This document shows, one piece after another, positions 50,277 to 64,000 of a stretch of DNA of 64,000 bases; the first letter of the stretch is position 1, and each line of letters begins with the position of its first letter. The position numbers were made by a program, and so were the translations under genes. The stretch spans positions 4,712,001 through 4,776,000 of the forward strand of contig CM102284.1 in NCBI GenBank assembly GCA_046563655.1, in the 5' to 3' direction. The DNA is from Yuukianura sp. NJ FZ-2021. Its lineage: Eukaryota. The notes under the pieces were generated by a model that saw only the letters and a list, made by a program, of their open reading frames with translations, was not told where the DNA came from and ran no database searches.

Positions 50277-51169
50277 ATGTTCAGCACGCTGTCAGAGTAT
50301 ATTTTCGGACCAAGTGCACCAACCGCCCCGACAGAAGAAAATGTCGGGTCAATGACCTCTGAGGGAGGTCAATCTCAAGTGGAAGAGCAACAATCCACGG
50401 ATGACTGGGTGATTGTCAAAGATGAAGAACAGACGTTTCTGTTGTCATCGGAAGTCGTGACCCGAAACCGTGTCAACATAGACGAAGATTTGTCAAGAGA
50501 AAACTTTCTTATTGAAAATCCACTCAGTCTCAGTTCAGAAGAAATTCATATCAGGTAAAAACCCATTTTTTTGAAAAATTGTTCAAAATTTTCTTAATTC
50601 AAAACAAAGTTTCTTAAAAGTTTGTTTTTGAAAACAAGGAGCTAAGAGCAGGCAATTACCTATGTGGCTTGCATCATCTGGCTCTGCCAGTTTTTTTTGA
50701 CAGTTGCACATGGGCTGTTTGTTGTTTACTGAATATGCCAATTTGCGATTTACGAATTTGCAGAGATGCGTCGTTGGCCCCTGCTCTCATCTCCTTTCAT
50801 ATATAGAAACACACTACACGCGCGTGTTTATATAAATTCTAATCTTTGCATTTGGTTTTCCGTGTTCGTAGGGGAATTAAAATTGGACGCAAAAAGAAGC
50901 GAAAAGGAAAACGAAGTGGTTCAGGTGACCAGAGTGGCGGGGTCAAAGGTCGCCGTCTCACTCCCGCAAATTATCAGGCACTGATGCCTGATTTGGCAAA
51001 TCCTGATGACCTCTTGTCCAGGAACTCCAGAGTGTTGACCCCTAGTTACAAAAACAACAACAACAGAAGTCAAGGTCTCACAGTACGAGACAAACGACGA
51101 GAAAAATACAACTACAATAGATTTGCTGGAACGAACAACGACCGAAAATGTGGAAAACAACGAAGTTGA
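50277..51169 (+). CDS. TP53INP/DOR-family autophagy and nuclear-receptor cofactor-like protein, 191 aa
   Basis: MFSTLSEYIFG N-terminus, LIR-like DDWVIV, ENFLIENP, and a basic C-terminus containing GTNNDRKC. Exons 50277-50554 and 50872-51169. Confidence 0.7.
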
Positions 51170-52256
51170 ACTTTGAAATGGAAAATGGAATCTAATTTAA
51201 TTGTTACATTTATAAAGTAAAGTAACTTTAGCACATAACTAATAGTTCAGTTTAGTTAAGTTTTAGTTAGTTAAATTATTTCAATAGTTAACAACACAAC
51301 ATTCAATTTCTAAGGTTCACGAAAACTTTTAACTTAACATGTTTGGTGTTACGACAATCTTCTCACTTTTTAAACGCAAAAGAGCTTGAAATATTCCTCC
51401 TTATTGTCTGTTTTTTGGAGGACACTTTTTATAAGTTACAACACGCGTCACTTTTTAGCAGTCAAGGCCAACTTCCTTTTTTGTATAAGTTTAATTATTA
51501 CAAAAGTTAATTGTTCATTGTTTCACATTCACACGTTATGTTAGCCTTTGTTTTTGCCTAATTGTTAAGCCTAATTTGTAAAAATTTGCATTATTTTTAT
51601 ATCCAGTAAAATTTTGTGTTTCCTCATGATTTCAACGTCAAAATAAAATCTCAACGGATTTTTCCGTATACTTTGACAGAGAAAAATGACAAAAAACGAA
51701 TACAAAATCCCGTGTTTTGACCTCATTTCCGCATTTGTTTTCCTTCGTAATAAAGTAAAATTTTTCTCTTTTGTTCTATCACTTTGATGGATCGGTGCAA
51801 ACCATAACCAAAACTACCCAAACTTTTAGCAGGTATAACAAAAATCCGTTAGAATTGCAGAAACAATGAAAAAAGACGAAAAATTTCCAACATTTTTTTC
51901 TCGGGTAGAATCACGAAATTGAATTCTGGGAAATAGCGTTTTGCTACAGGAAAGTACAACAAATTCACGAATTTAATTAAATTTTTAATCAAAACTAGGA
52001 TGTAGGCAGTTAATCAACACCTTCATGGTTGCTGTTTTTAGTTTGCACAAGAACAGCTAACTAATTTTGTGCCTTTTCGATCATCCTGTACAAAAGTACC
52101 TAAAATCCTATTAAAAGTACCCAAAAACGTATCGAGCGTAACAAAAAAAAAGCTAAGGCTAACGGTAAAACGAAAAAACAATCACGGGTAGTCCACTAAC
52201 CTAACCTACATTAACATTACGTATTGACAGTATAATGCTAAAACATAAACATAACC

Positions 52257-53160
52257 TTAATTCATGTTGTATTTTTTACAAATAGACTCTGCTTTGAAAT
52301 CACATGGATAATCCGCCATTACAAACATGTTGAACGTAGGGCTGTAGTACAGAAACACGCAATCCTCCATTGGAAGTTTCGTGGGTTCAACGTTACCCCG
52401 GGGAAAGAAATCTGTGAACTCTTGACCCGTAGATACCCATGTGAACTTACCCTCTCGGAACAAGTCGTTTCCACCCGTCCACAGGAAACGTACAGTCGTA
52501 AAATCTGAAATATATGAATAATATAATAAAAATGTAATATAATATGTAGTAAGGATTTCTAAATTAACTTCTGTTAATAGCTGGGATTACTCGAATCGCC
52601 AATTACTCCCTGCAGATTTGCGAATTCTGGCTCATCTTCAACCGTTGTCAGGTCGTAGCCATGCAATTTACAATTGATGTGAGCTTCCATCCAGTTTAGC
52701 TGAAATTCAACATAATAGATGTAAAATATATTTTAAATTTTACCTAAATTAGCAAATTTTCTTACGTTAGAATTTAACCTTTACATTGCCATACCTTTTC
52801 TTCCACTATTATGTACGTGGGCTGAGGAGGAGGTGGCTCAGTAGTCGTAGTAGCTTCAGTAGTCGTAGCGTCAGTTGTCGTAGAAGCCATTGTGACCTCG
52901 TGCACTGGAGCTGACGGAGGAGGGGGAGGTGGCGGAGTAGTAGTCGTAGGGGTCACGGCCACTCCCGGCTTGTCATCAAGTCCACAAATGTACTTGGCCA
53001 CGTTACACGAGAATTGCAAAAACAAACTTTTCCAGTAAAATTTGTACAAGGTCAACGACGACTTTGGATTTCCAACTTTTGGACTCACTGCACCATCATT
53101 CAAACTCAAAATCAGGATCAGTGCAAAAATCAAAAACGCTGGAAACTGGAATTGCTTCAT
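52257..53160 (-). CDS. Secreted C-type lectin with a Pro/Thr-rich stalk
   Basis: Signal peptide MKQFQFPAFLIFALILILSL; TTTTPPPPPP stalk; LNWMEAHINC, LWTGGNDLFREGKFTWVSTG, EDCV..DYPC..ICK. The first intron boundary is uncertain. Confidence 0.85.
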
Positions 53161-54084
53161 ATTCGATGACAAAATGACAACAGTCTCCAGCGCCAGATCT
53201 GAGTTGTTGCAGCACAAATGGAACGCTGTGAGTCTTTGAACACTTTTTTGTGTTGTCAAATCCTTCACTTTTGTCAAAAATTTTGTGATTTTTTAAAAAC
53301 TCCGTCTTTTCTCGAAACTTTGTAGGATTTTGATGATGTTGATACTGGGGACTTTGGAAGACTGAAGACTAGATTAGGTTCGGGTAGATCAAGGTTTGAT
53401 CTAGGTTAGTACCTCACATTGCAGTCACAGTTTCTGGGAAATTAGTCAATTAGTAAATCCACCGGTGAAATTGGAATTGGTTCAATGGAGCCCCGTCAGG
53501 CCCCCTCCGTGTCCAATCAATTTTAATAAATACGTTAATGAACAGAGAGTGATGGACAGATTGGAAGTTCAATCAAACACATCGTGCTACCACCATTTCG
53601 GAACGCTATAACCTGATGTGAACTGCACTGCCCTATTCGGGTAAATCGGTGAATTACATAGTCATCGTTTTTTCGTTTCAAGTTATACAAAAGCTCTGGT
53701 GGAAGTATTCATCTCTTTGATGGCTTAATAAATTACCTTTCGCTACTTAATTACAACGCTAAAAACTAATAATTTTTCGCCTTGGTTCAGACACCTTCAA
53801 CTTTTGGAAGAAATTTTACTTTTCTTCCAAAATATAAATATAAAATATTCGACAAACTAAATCTAAAAAAATTTGGAGAGTTAATATTTAAGAGTCAAGA
53901 GTGCTAAATAAAATTTCGAAATTCTATTTCTAGTCGCAGCTTTTTCTGGTAATATTGGACGGTTGGCTTTGCAACTTGAGAGGGTCATCGGAGTCACCGT
54001 GGATTGATTATGTTGACCTAGGTCAAACTTGATTTGGTTGACCTTGGTATGGCTTGAATTTTGCTGACTTTCGTCAACATTTTG

Positions 54085-57000
54085 TCAGTTCAGTGGTATC
54101 GATGAAAACTTGTCTCTGGGATTTCGAGTTGGATGTGGTGTGTGGACAGTCATTTCTGAGATTTGTCGCAAATCTGAAACAAAAAATTTCTAAATCTTTA
54201 CTTTACCTAATTTATAGTTAGCCTAACAATTGATGTTAATTGAAATTTAAGGGTAAGATACCTAACAATTGCTCCAATTCATCTTCAGAGTAACAGTAAG
54301 TAAAAGAAGCATGTGTTCCTTCCAGAATTCGTACAAGACTAGGCTTGACTCTCCACAGAACAAAAGTTTGATCTCTTTTGGCAAATGCTTTCACCACATC
54401 CCGAATTCCTTGGGCTGCAGTGAAATCTGCAAATTGAATGTGGATGCAGTCCACTACGATAGGAGTTGTGTTGTGACCCCAAGCACTGGAACTCTTTGTT
54501 ATAACATAACGTATGTAGTCTACCGAGGGAAAGGTCAAACTCCTGTCCAGCTCCACCAAAATGAACTCGGTCTGCTTGCTGGTCTGTATTCAATTTGGAA
54601 ATTTTTAATTAAAAACTTTAAAAATATTTGAATTGAAACTCTAAAATTTGAAACTATCGAACTTACATAGCCTTTCTTGACCTTCACCCCCGGACGTGCA
54701 GCGTAGTAAAGCAGAAACGTGACGCTGATGAGAAATCCACACATCATGCCAAATTCAAGGCCAATCAGCAGAGCAATGCAGAAGGTCAAAATCATCGGAA
54801 GAAAATCCATTTCTAGCATGTCGTAAAACGGAAAATTTTTAGATTGTGAAAATTTCTGGACGAACTTTTTTGCTGTTTCGCAAAAACCGCAAAACAGTAT
54901 GAAGCATTTTAAATGAAAAGTGTACAAACATGCCGGGCAAGATATTATACTTACTTTTACTTCGGTACATTGGTGCAATGACCTCATAATCTGAAAGTTG
55001 TAAAATTTTTGAAATTTTCAGAATACATTGAATTGTTATATTTTAAATTTCAATGAAACTATTTTGGTTTTTCGATCACTTACCAATCATAAAAATTACA
55101 GCACAAACAATGACAGAAGCAAGAGCAGCTTTTGGAATGTTATAAAACAGAGGCGTGAGAAACTGAAGTGACAAAATTACAATCGTTCCAGTAACAATTC
55201 CACCAATAGGAGACTGAGCTCCTGACATTGCATTGACTGCCGTTCTGGACAGTGACCCAGTCACCGGCATGGAACTGAAAGGTCAAAGGTCAAAAACAGC
55301 AATTGGAGAACTTTGTACCTGTTTTTTTCCAATGTTTTTCAAATACTTGAATTGAGTGAAATTCGCAAATGGCGTTGTTACCTTGCAAAACTTCCGATAA
55401 TATTACTGACACCGATGGAAATCATTTCTTGATTGGGGTCCAGAATTCCTTCACCAATGAAAGCTTTGGCAACAGTAATGTGTTCCATGATACACAAAAG
55501 TGGAATGACAATTAAAGCACTTCCTAAAATTTCAATCAAAATTTTGTAAAATTTCAATTTCTTTAAAGTAATTTTCAGCAGATTGTTCGAATTTCTTACC
55601 CTCTTCATGTATAATGTCACTAAAACTATGAGTTATGTTAGTAGATTTGTCTAAAATGTTGAAAGGTGGAGGTTGTATAGGGGGTAACCCAGGTTGTATA
55701 CTAGAAAAAAACAAAAACCGATTTTCAAAATTTGACAAAACTAAAAAAAATCAAAATACAAAATTTCTTCTGCCGAAATCACTTACTTTCCAATTGTTTC
55801 AATTGTGCCGTCTGGAAGGTAGTAAGCCAAGACTGTAGTTGAGATTACCACAATTGCATTTCTGGAAGTTGACAGAAACCAGGCAATTTTGTCAACAATA
55901 TTATGTTCTCCAAAGAAGTACTTGATGATAGCTTGTAATTTCTAAAAAACCAAAAAAAAATAGTAAAAAAGAGACAAAATCCGAGTTTTTGTGATTAAAT
56001 TTTTGCCTTAGCTAAACGGCGTGTAAAAAAAATTAAAAGCCGCGGAAGGTAATAGTGATATTTCTTTCTAAAATTTTTTGTGCGGCGTCGAGAAGTTTAA
56101 CTTTTTTTTGACTTTTCAAAAATTTTTGATCGAAAAACTCCATTGTTTCGTAAGAAATTTTTGAGATTTTCGGTTTTAAAACTTGTTAAAACTGTTTACC
56201 ATCAACACGAGGAGAGCGATGATGCATGTGAGGCTAAGAATTGCATCTCCAGATTTCGTTTGGGTGATATTTTTACCAATTCCGCGAATTGTGTTGACGA
56301 AGCCTTCAGCCCGAAATTTCAATCCCAACAGACTTTTCAATTGTGTAGAAATAATTGTAATTGCAGCTACAAGTTTTTGAAAATAGAAAGTTCAGAATTA
56401 GGTTTCCACTTTAAAACTTTCATTTTAAAAATTTACAAACCTGCTGAAATGAATCCGGCATTGACAGGCGTCGAAATGAAATTTACGATAAATCCTGTAA
56501 GGCAAATCATAAATTTTTGTTGAATTGGAAAATTTTAAGTAACATATTCTAAGTATACTCAAAATGTGAAGTTGTAATTTTTGTAATTACAAAATTACTA
56601 ATTACATTCAGAAATTACCGAGTTGGAAGAAGCCCATTAGGAAAGTGACGATTCCATTTAGAAAACAAAGTAGCACTGCATACTCTGCTGGCTTTCCATG
56701 GGTGTAAGTGTACGTAATTATGGCAGCAATTGCAGTTGGGCCAATCGTTATGACTTTGCTTGAACCAAAGAAAATGTACACAAAACATCCAACAAATCCT
56801 AAACCAAAAACGGAATATTTGAAAAAGTTGTACAAAAACTAGAGTAAACTAAAAATTTCAGATTAAAAATTAAACTTGTGCTTCTTTCCAAAGAAAACGT
56901 ACCGGAATATAATCCATACTGGGGTGGTAAGCCTGCCACTGTAGCGTAACTGTAATTTTTGAAAAAATTACCAATTTTACAAAATTTTGTTCATACAACA

Positions 57001-57420
57001 CAATTTTTTTTGGAAAATTCGAAAATTAAAGCATACGCTAAACCCTGTGGCAAAATCGTCAGTCCAACTGTCAAGCCAGCGATCATGTCTGAAATGAGTT
57101 TGGAACGATTGTACTTTGGTAGCCATTTTGCAACTGGAAATTTCTTTTCCAGCTAAAATTGAAAAACCAAAAACTGATTAGTCTGTTCATTTTTTTTTTA
57201 AATTTGTCAATGTTTCGGGTTTTGTTCGTACCGTTTTCCTTCGACACAAATTTTCTCCAAATTGTCTCAGAATTGATCCGAATGTTGAACTTTTTCCTTC
57301 TTGTTCATCTTGTAGCTCTTCCGAACTGGCGCCATTTTTGGATAAGACGAATGCGCTGTCCGACCGAGCAATGGCCGCCAGAGACGCTGTACTGTACGAA
57401 TGAATAAGTTCTGTTTTCAT
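54085..57420 (-). CDS. SLC26A11-like: SLC26 anion exchanger (sodium-independent sulfate transporter, SLC26A11-like)
   Basis: DMIAGLTVGLTILPQGLAYATVAGLPPQYGLYS, IGPTA, NQEMISIG, PVTGSLSRTAVN, and STAS domain FPSVDY..DFTAA. Multi-exon. Confidence 0.92.
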
Positions 57421-58399
57421 AGTTTCAAAATTTTCAAAATTTTGAAAACCTTTTCAAAACCGCTAGCAAGACTTTCACAATCTCTCCAAATTGTTACAAC
57501 ACCTTAGTTAGTGAAATCACCTAAATATGTTAGTGTTTGGACTGTTCCAGGAAGATAAGCGATGTCTTCCGAAAGTTTACCTTAACCTAAACTAACTAAA
57601 TACTCCATTCGTCATCAACTTTAACCTAAGTTCCTCGCATGAGTAATAATTAGAATTCAACTTCAGTTTAAACTTGGACAAAAGTCAACCATTTCCATTA
57701 AAAATTTAAATTTTAGTCTCATTATTCATACAGCTTCTTTTCCAACAAATTGCAAATGAGAAGTGCTAAACATAAAATTCGCAAAAGTGGACTAACTTAA
57801 CCTGACCTTAGTTAGTTTGGTTCAGAGTTTCTTGTAAAATCTGAATCACACCTTAGCGAAAATTAGTCAGAGGAAAGCCGAAAGTCGAAAGTCATTAAGC
57901 GTGCGTAGGTTAGTTAGTTATATGCAACAGTAGTGATTTTCCTGGTAGATTAGTTGGACTTAATTGGACTAATTATGACACGCGAACTTTCCGTCTCCTA
58001 AAATGCCTTGAATTTCCGGCTCCAAAAATACTACAAAATTTTTAGTACCATAAAAAATGGTGCATCATGCATTCTGCAATCTATATTTTGTCAAAATTGC
58101 GTCAAAATTTAAGTACACACAGATCATTTCTCTGATTGAATGCTAATGTCACTCTTCCTATTGAACTAGAGATTAGGTTTAGTCTATTATGGATTTTGGG
58201 ACATAAATGATTCGACCTTGAGTTTATGTGTTCAGACTACAAGAGTACAAGTGACTTGGAAGGTCACTCCTCAAAGTAAATTTCACACTTGAAATTGAAA
58301 TTTTTAAACATTTTTTGACAAAAAAGTACAGTACGAATACAATTTTAGGTTTAATAAATTTATATTTAATGAAATTTTCATTAGTAGAGTCATTCCAGC

Positions 58400-60515
<2,116 letters not shown>

Positions 60516-61958
60516 GTGGAAATTTTGCAAAATTAAATACATTTATTAATTTATTTAATTTATCATTTATCACTTCTCATGAGATTAATTGACGCACAGC
60601 TACACAGAATTATAAAAACAAATTACTACCCAATCTTAAACCTAATTAATATTCTAAGTTAATTATAAATCTCATTTCCAAAAATAACAGTAGTCGGCGT
60701 ACAGGCTTTCAACATTTTTTTAACCTCGATATAAAAAGTTTTAAATTTGAAATTTAAATTTTGTTGCCCATCTGTGGTGGCTCGGAGAGTGTGGAGTTGT
60801 GGAGTAAATTTTAGTGCGACTGTTTTGGTAGCAAAAAATGAAAGTGAAAGTTCCAGTGAGGGTGAAAGTAATCGCTTACTTTTAACTTTTTTAATTAGTT
60901 TTTAGAGTTTAGAAGTTTAAAGCTCCGTTATAATTAAGTTCATTACAGTTAAATTCAAGGTTGGGAGTCGAGTCACCACTGCTACTTGAGGATTGATGGG
61001 CCCAACAATTTAAGCAGGAATATGTTTAGTTTCTTCAAATAAGAAGGAAAGCAAGTGAATTTAGAAAGAAAGTCATTCAATTGATGACGTCGGAACTCGG
61101 AAGTAAACAACCGGAAGAGGATATTACTTCGATCACTTCGATGCATTTGATTGGCCTGCAAGCTGCAGCCTGTTGCGAACTTGACCCTTGACCCTTCGTT
61201 GTCGTTCAATGAGGATTACATCTGGTAAAACCTTCCATTTCGTTGTGCTTTCATTTGGTAAACGTTTCAATTGAATCTAAAGGATTGGATAGCGGACGGA
61301 GGTAAGAAATGCAATCATGTTTACTTAAATTCCATAATGAGAATGAGTAATCAGTGTATGTATCGTTAATGTGTCATTTTTAATTCATCGAACATCGATT
61401 AATTAACGACGTTATTTCAAAACAGATGACATGACCCAGATTTCTAGCATTTTTTTCAAATCTTTTCATGAATGACATTTTGTGTTATTGACTATGTATT
61501 AAGTTGTTGACTCTCTGCGGCAGGATTTTTCTTCACCTTTTTTTCGGTCTTGTTTGATCAATGTTTCTATAGTTTAGGTGCTACTTTAGCAGAAATTTCC
61601 GATTCTTTACTCGTAAAAAGCTATTTCAAATTGAGTTTGTGGCGAATATTGCGTGCAGCAACTCCCATTTGTTATGTTGCCAAATGGGATACACGCGTAC
61701 TGGGTTTGTACGGGTCAGAGGTCAGTATCTAGGAGAAAGATAACACGACCGGAGAGAGACTGAAGACTAGTTTGAAATATGCAATGATATAAATCCGCCA
61801 ATCAGCGAGTAACTTTAACGAGATTCGTTGTTTGTTATTTCCAATTTCCAGTGACTGAACCAAGCCGGAGTATTTTGGAATTCGACAACGACAAGGACAG
61901 ACAAACTATTATGCTAAGAAGTTGTGTTCAGTAGAGACAGTTCCTAAAACCCAACACT

Positions 61959-64000
61959 ATGGATCTTGTGCTGCGGTATCAGCGTCGTCTCGACTCAAAG
62001 TGGGCCAAGACTGATTTACAACGAATATTAGACGACGATGGATTGGCATACCTTTGGAATGAGATGATCAAAGATGGAGAGATTACGGGGTCATTCAGTG
62101 ATGGATTGCTTAATCCAGCAGGAGTGACAGCTAGAAAAGGTAACATCGTAGTAATAAATCTTTGTGAGTTCGGTTTACAAGTCTTATTAACATATTGTTC
62201 ATGTTTGAATTATAGGCGACAATGGTCGGTATTACTGCGGAATGAAAGTTCTCACTTGTCCATGCTGCGATGGAATCTGTGGACCTCAAACTGGATGTAA
62301 CTGCGTACCGTGTCAGCGTTTGGAGCGTGACGAAGAGTTGCTTATTCGTCCCCAGTCGATGCCCACAGTAACATCATCGTTGATTTATCAAAGTTGGACA
62401 TGGGGGAGGAAACCAAGTTCGATCGAATTAGAAGAGTGCCTCGATGCTTTAGTGAAAGAACAAAAATTGTCCAGTGTGGATCATGCCAGTAACTTTCGAT
62501 TTGCAAATCAACTCTGGATGAGGCTTATTATCCAGTATCGCTACTTTCTAGCAACTTCAGCCATGACTACTACTAATAATGTTCCAAGGCAGCTCAATAT
62601 CTCCACTAGTCAATCCAAGTCTAGTCTAATTGGAAGCGAAATGCGAACAAGGTACAGTGTTATCATTTTCTTCTTCTCACTAAAAAAAATCGAACTGGTT
62701 TTATTAAAACGTTTTAATCAATGCTTTCAGTTCCATAACTGGGCAGAAGTTATCGTCAAATATTGGAAGTTTTGGTTTAGCACAAGTCGGTTCTAAAGCT
62801 GCTCTCAATTTTGCATTTGCATTTTTACGTCGAGCTTGGAGATCAGGTACGAAAAATCACAAACGATTCCAAGTTCATCGTGGTACAATTAATTTTAGTT
62901 AATCCTTAATCTCATTCCTACTTATTTTTATAGGCGAGGATACAGATTTATGCACTGATTTATTACAAGAGGCCTTAGGAGCTTTAAGGTTACTTCCCGA
63001 AGCATCGCTTTTTCCAGAAGGCAGTCTCTCTCCTGTTTGGGGTGAAATTATGGAAAAGTCGGAGAAATTTATACGTTCCGTGGCAATTGGGTGTGTATTT
63101 GTTCCACTTTCAGTAGATTTTTATGATGGAACCTAAAATTCAGTTTGGTTTCTTGCAGTAATGTTGGCGGAGAAGGTGACGTTGCCGTTCCTCTGATAGA
63201 TCAACAGTTAGCGCTTTGCCTTCTGCTTGAAATTGCTCTTCAACGGGGAAAACTCTGTTCCATGTTAGACTGCGTGTTGCTTCTTCTAGAAATTTGGGAA
63301 ACTAAAACAAATGTTCCGACTCCTGCGAACCGAATTCAACGTTCTGCCACTGCCCCGTTAGTTCCAAGTTTGCGTCGACTACAGGATATTCCAGCTCAAA
63401 CGGCACTACTATCAGCGGAAAAAGTGGAAGATCCAGTTGTGACGCACAGTTATCTAGAATACAACGAACTCCCGGCTAGTGAAACGTCGCTTTTAGATCT
63501 GAAGAGAGCTGCAGTGATGATAATGTGTCATCTGGCCCGTTTAGCCTTGCCTCACAACCCGCCTTCATCCTACACCAGTTAGTACTCTTCAGTAAACAGT
63601 AGTATTAGTATATATTTTAAGCAATATTCTAAATGTTTCTTTTGCTACAGATTTTGCAGAGAATGCTTCTGGTCAAGAAGTTCTTGCAATGGGAGCTTTG
63701 GGTTGGGGATTTGGTGGGACTCCGGGACCACAAATCTGTGATATTCTTGGCGAACTCGGAGTGAAGTCGATTGCTTGTGCGGAGAAGGTGATGCTAATTC
63801 TGAGTTATGATGGAAACGTATACAGTATGTACTACAGTTCAGAAGCACAGGTGAACCCACTCTCAATTCAAATGTTCTTCGTTAAATGTGTTTGAATATT
63901 GTGTAGTATGCAACAAAGTTCAACTTTTAAACTTTTGTTTATGAATTTTTCAGTTTCCTCAGCTTGTGGAAGGATTCGGTGGCAAATTCATTACCAAAAT
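61959..64000 (+). CDS. HERC2: HERC2 E3 ubiquitin ligase, 5' part (continues past the window)
   Basis: LDSKWAKTDLQ..LWNEMIKDGEI, Cys-rich YYCG..CDGICGPQTGCNC, ALNFAFAFLRRAWRSGED, LALCLLLEIALQRG, and the start of an RCC1-like region. Confidence 0.88.

Overview
Eukaryotic, AT-rich, gene-dense window with short GT-AG introns (mostly about 55-150 nt). It looks like a compact arthropod genome; a springtail-like hexapod is my inference, not demonstrated. The ORF track misses most of the real structure, so I assembled gene models by hand. In order: the tail of a Cys-rich peptide paralog; a secreted tandem defensin-like (CSab) peptide; a secreted 2x discoidin plus fucolectin-like protein; an almost intronless TEP/CD109; NDUFV3; TECR; two inverted-repeat transposon relics in the TECR/DnaJB divergent promoter; DnaJB (Hsp40) with a heat-shock element; FAF1/caspar; RIC-3; an alpha-arrestin; an IFI27/ISG12-like protein; tRNA-Ser(CGA); a divergent CNOT11-like gene; TXNDC12; a TP53INP/DOR-like gene; a C-type lectin; an SLC26A11-like transporter; a GH1 beta-glucosidase; and the 5' part of HERC2. 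Best leads: the unannotated tandem double-defensin-like family, a MITE flanked by a perfect 72-bp duplication, a CNOT11 C-domain fused to a Trp-rich low-complexity N-terminus, an IFI27-like protein with 11-mer helical repeats, a 1.3-kb foldback element, and a near-intronless TEP lacking the catalytic His. Family calls come from recalled motifs, not database searches.
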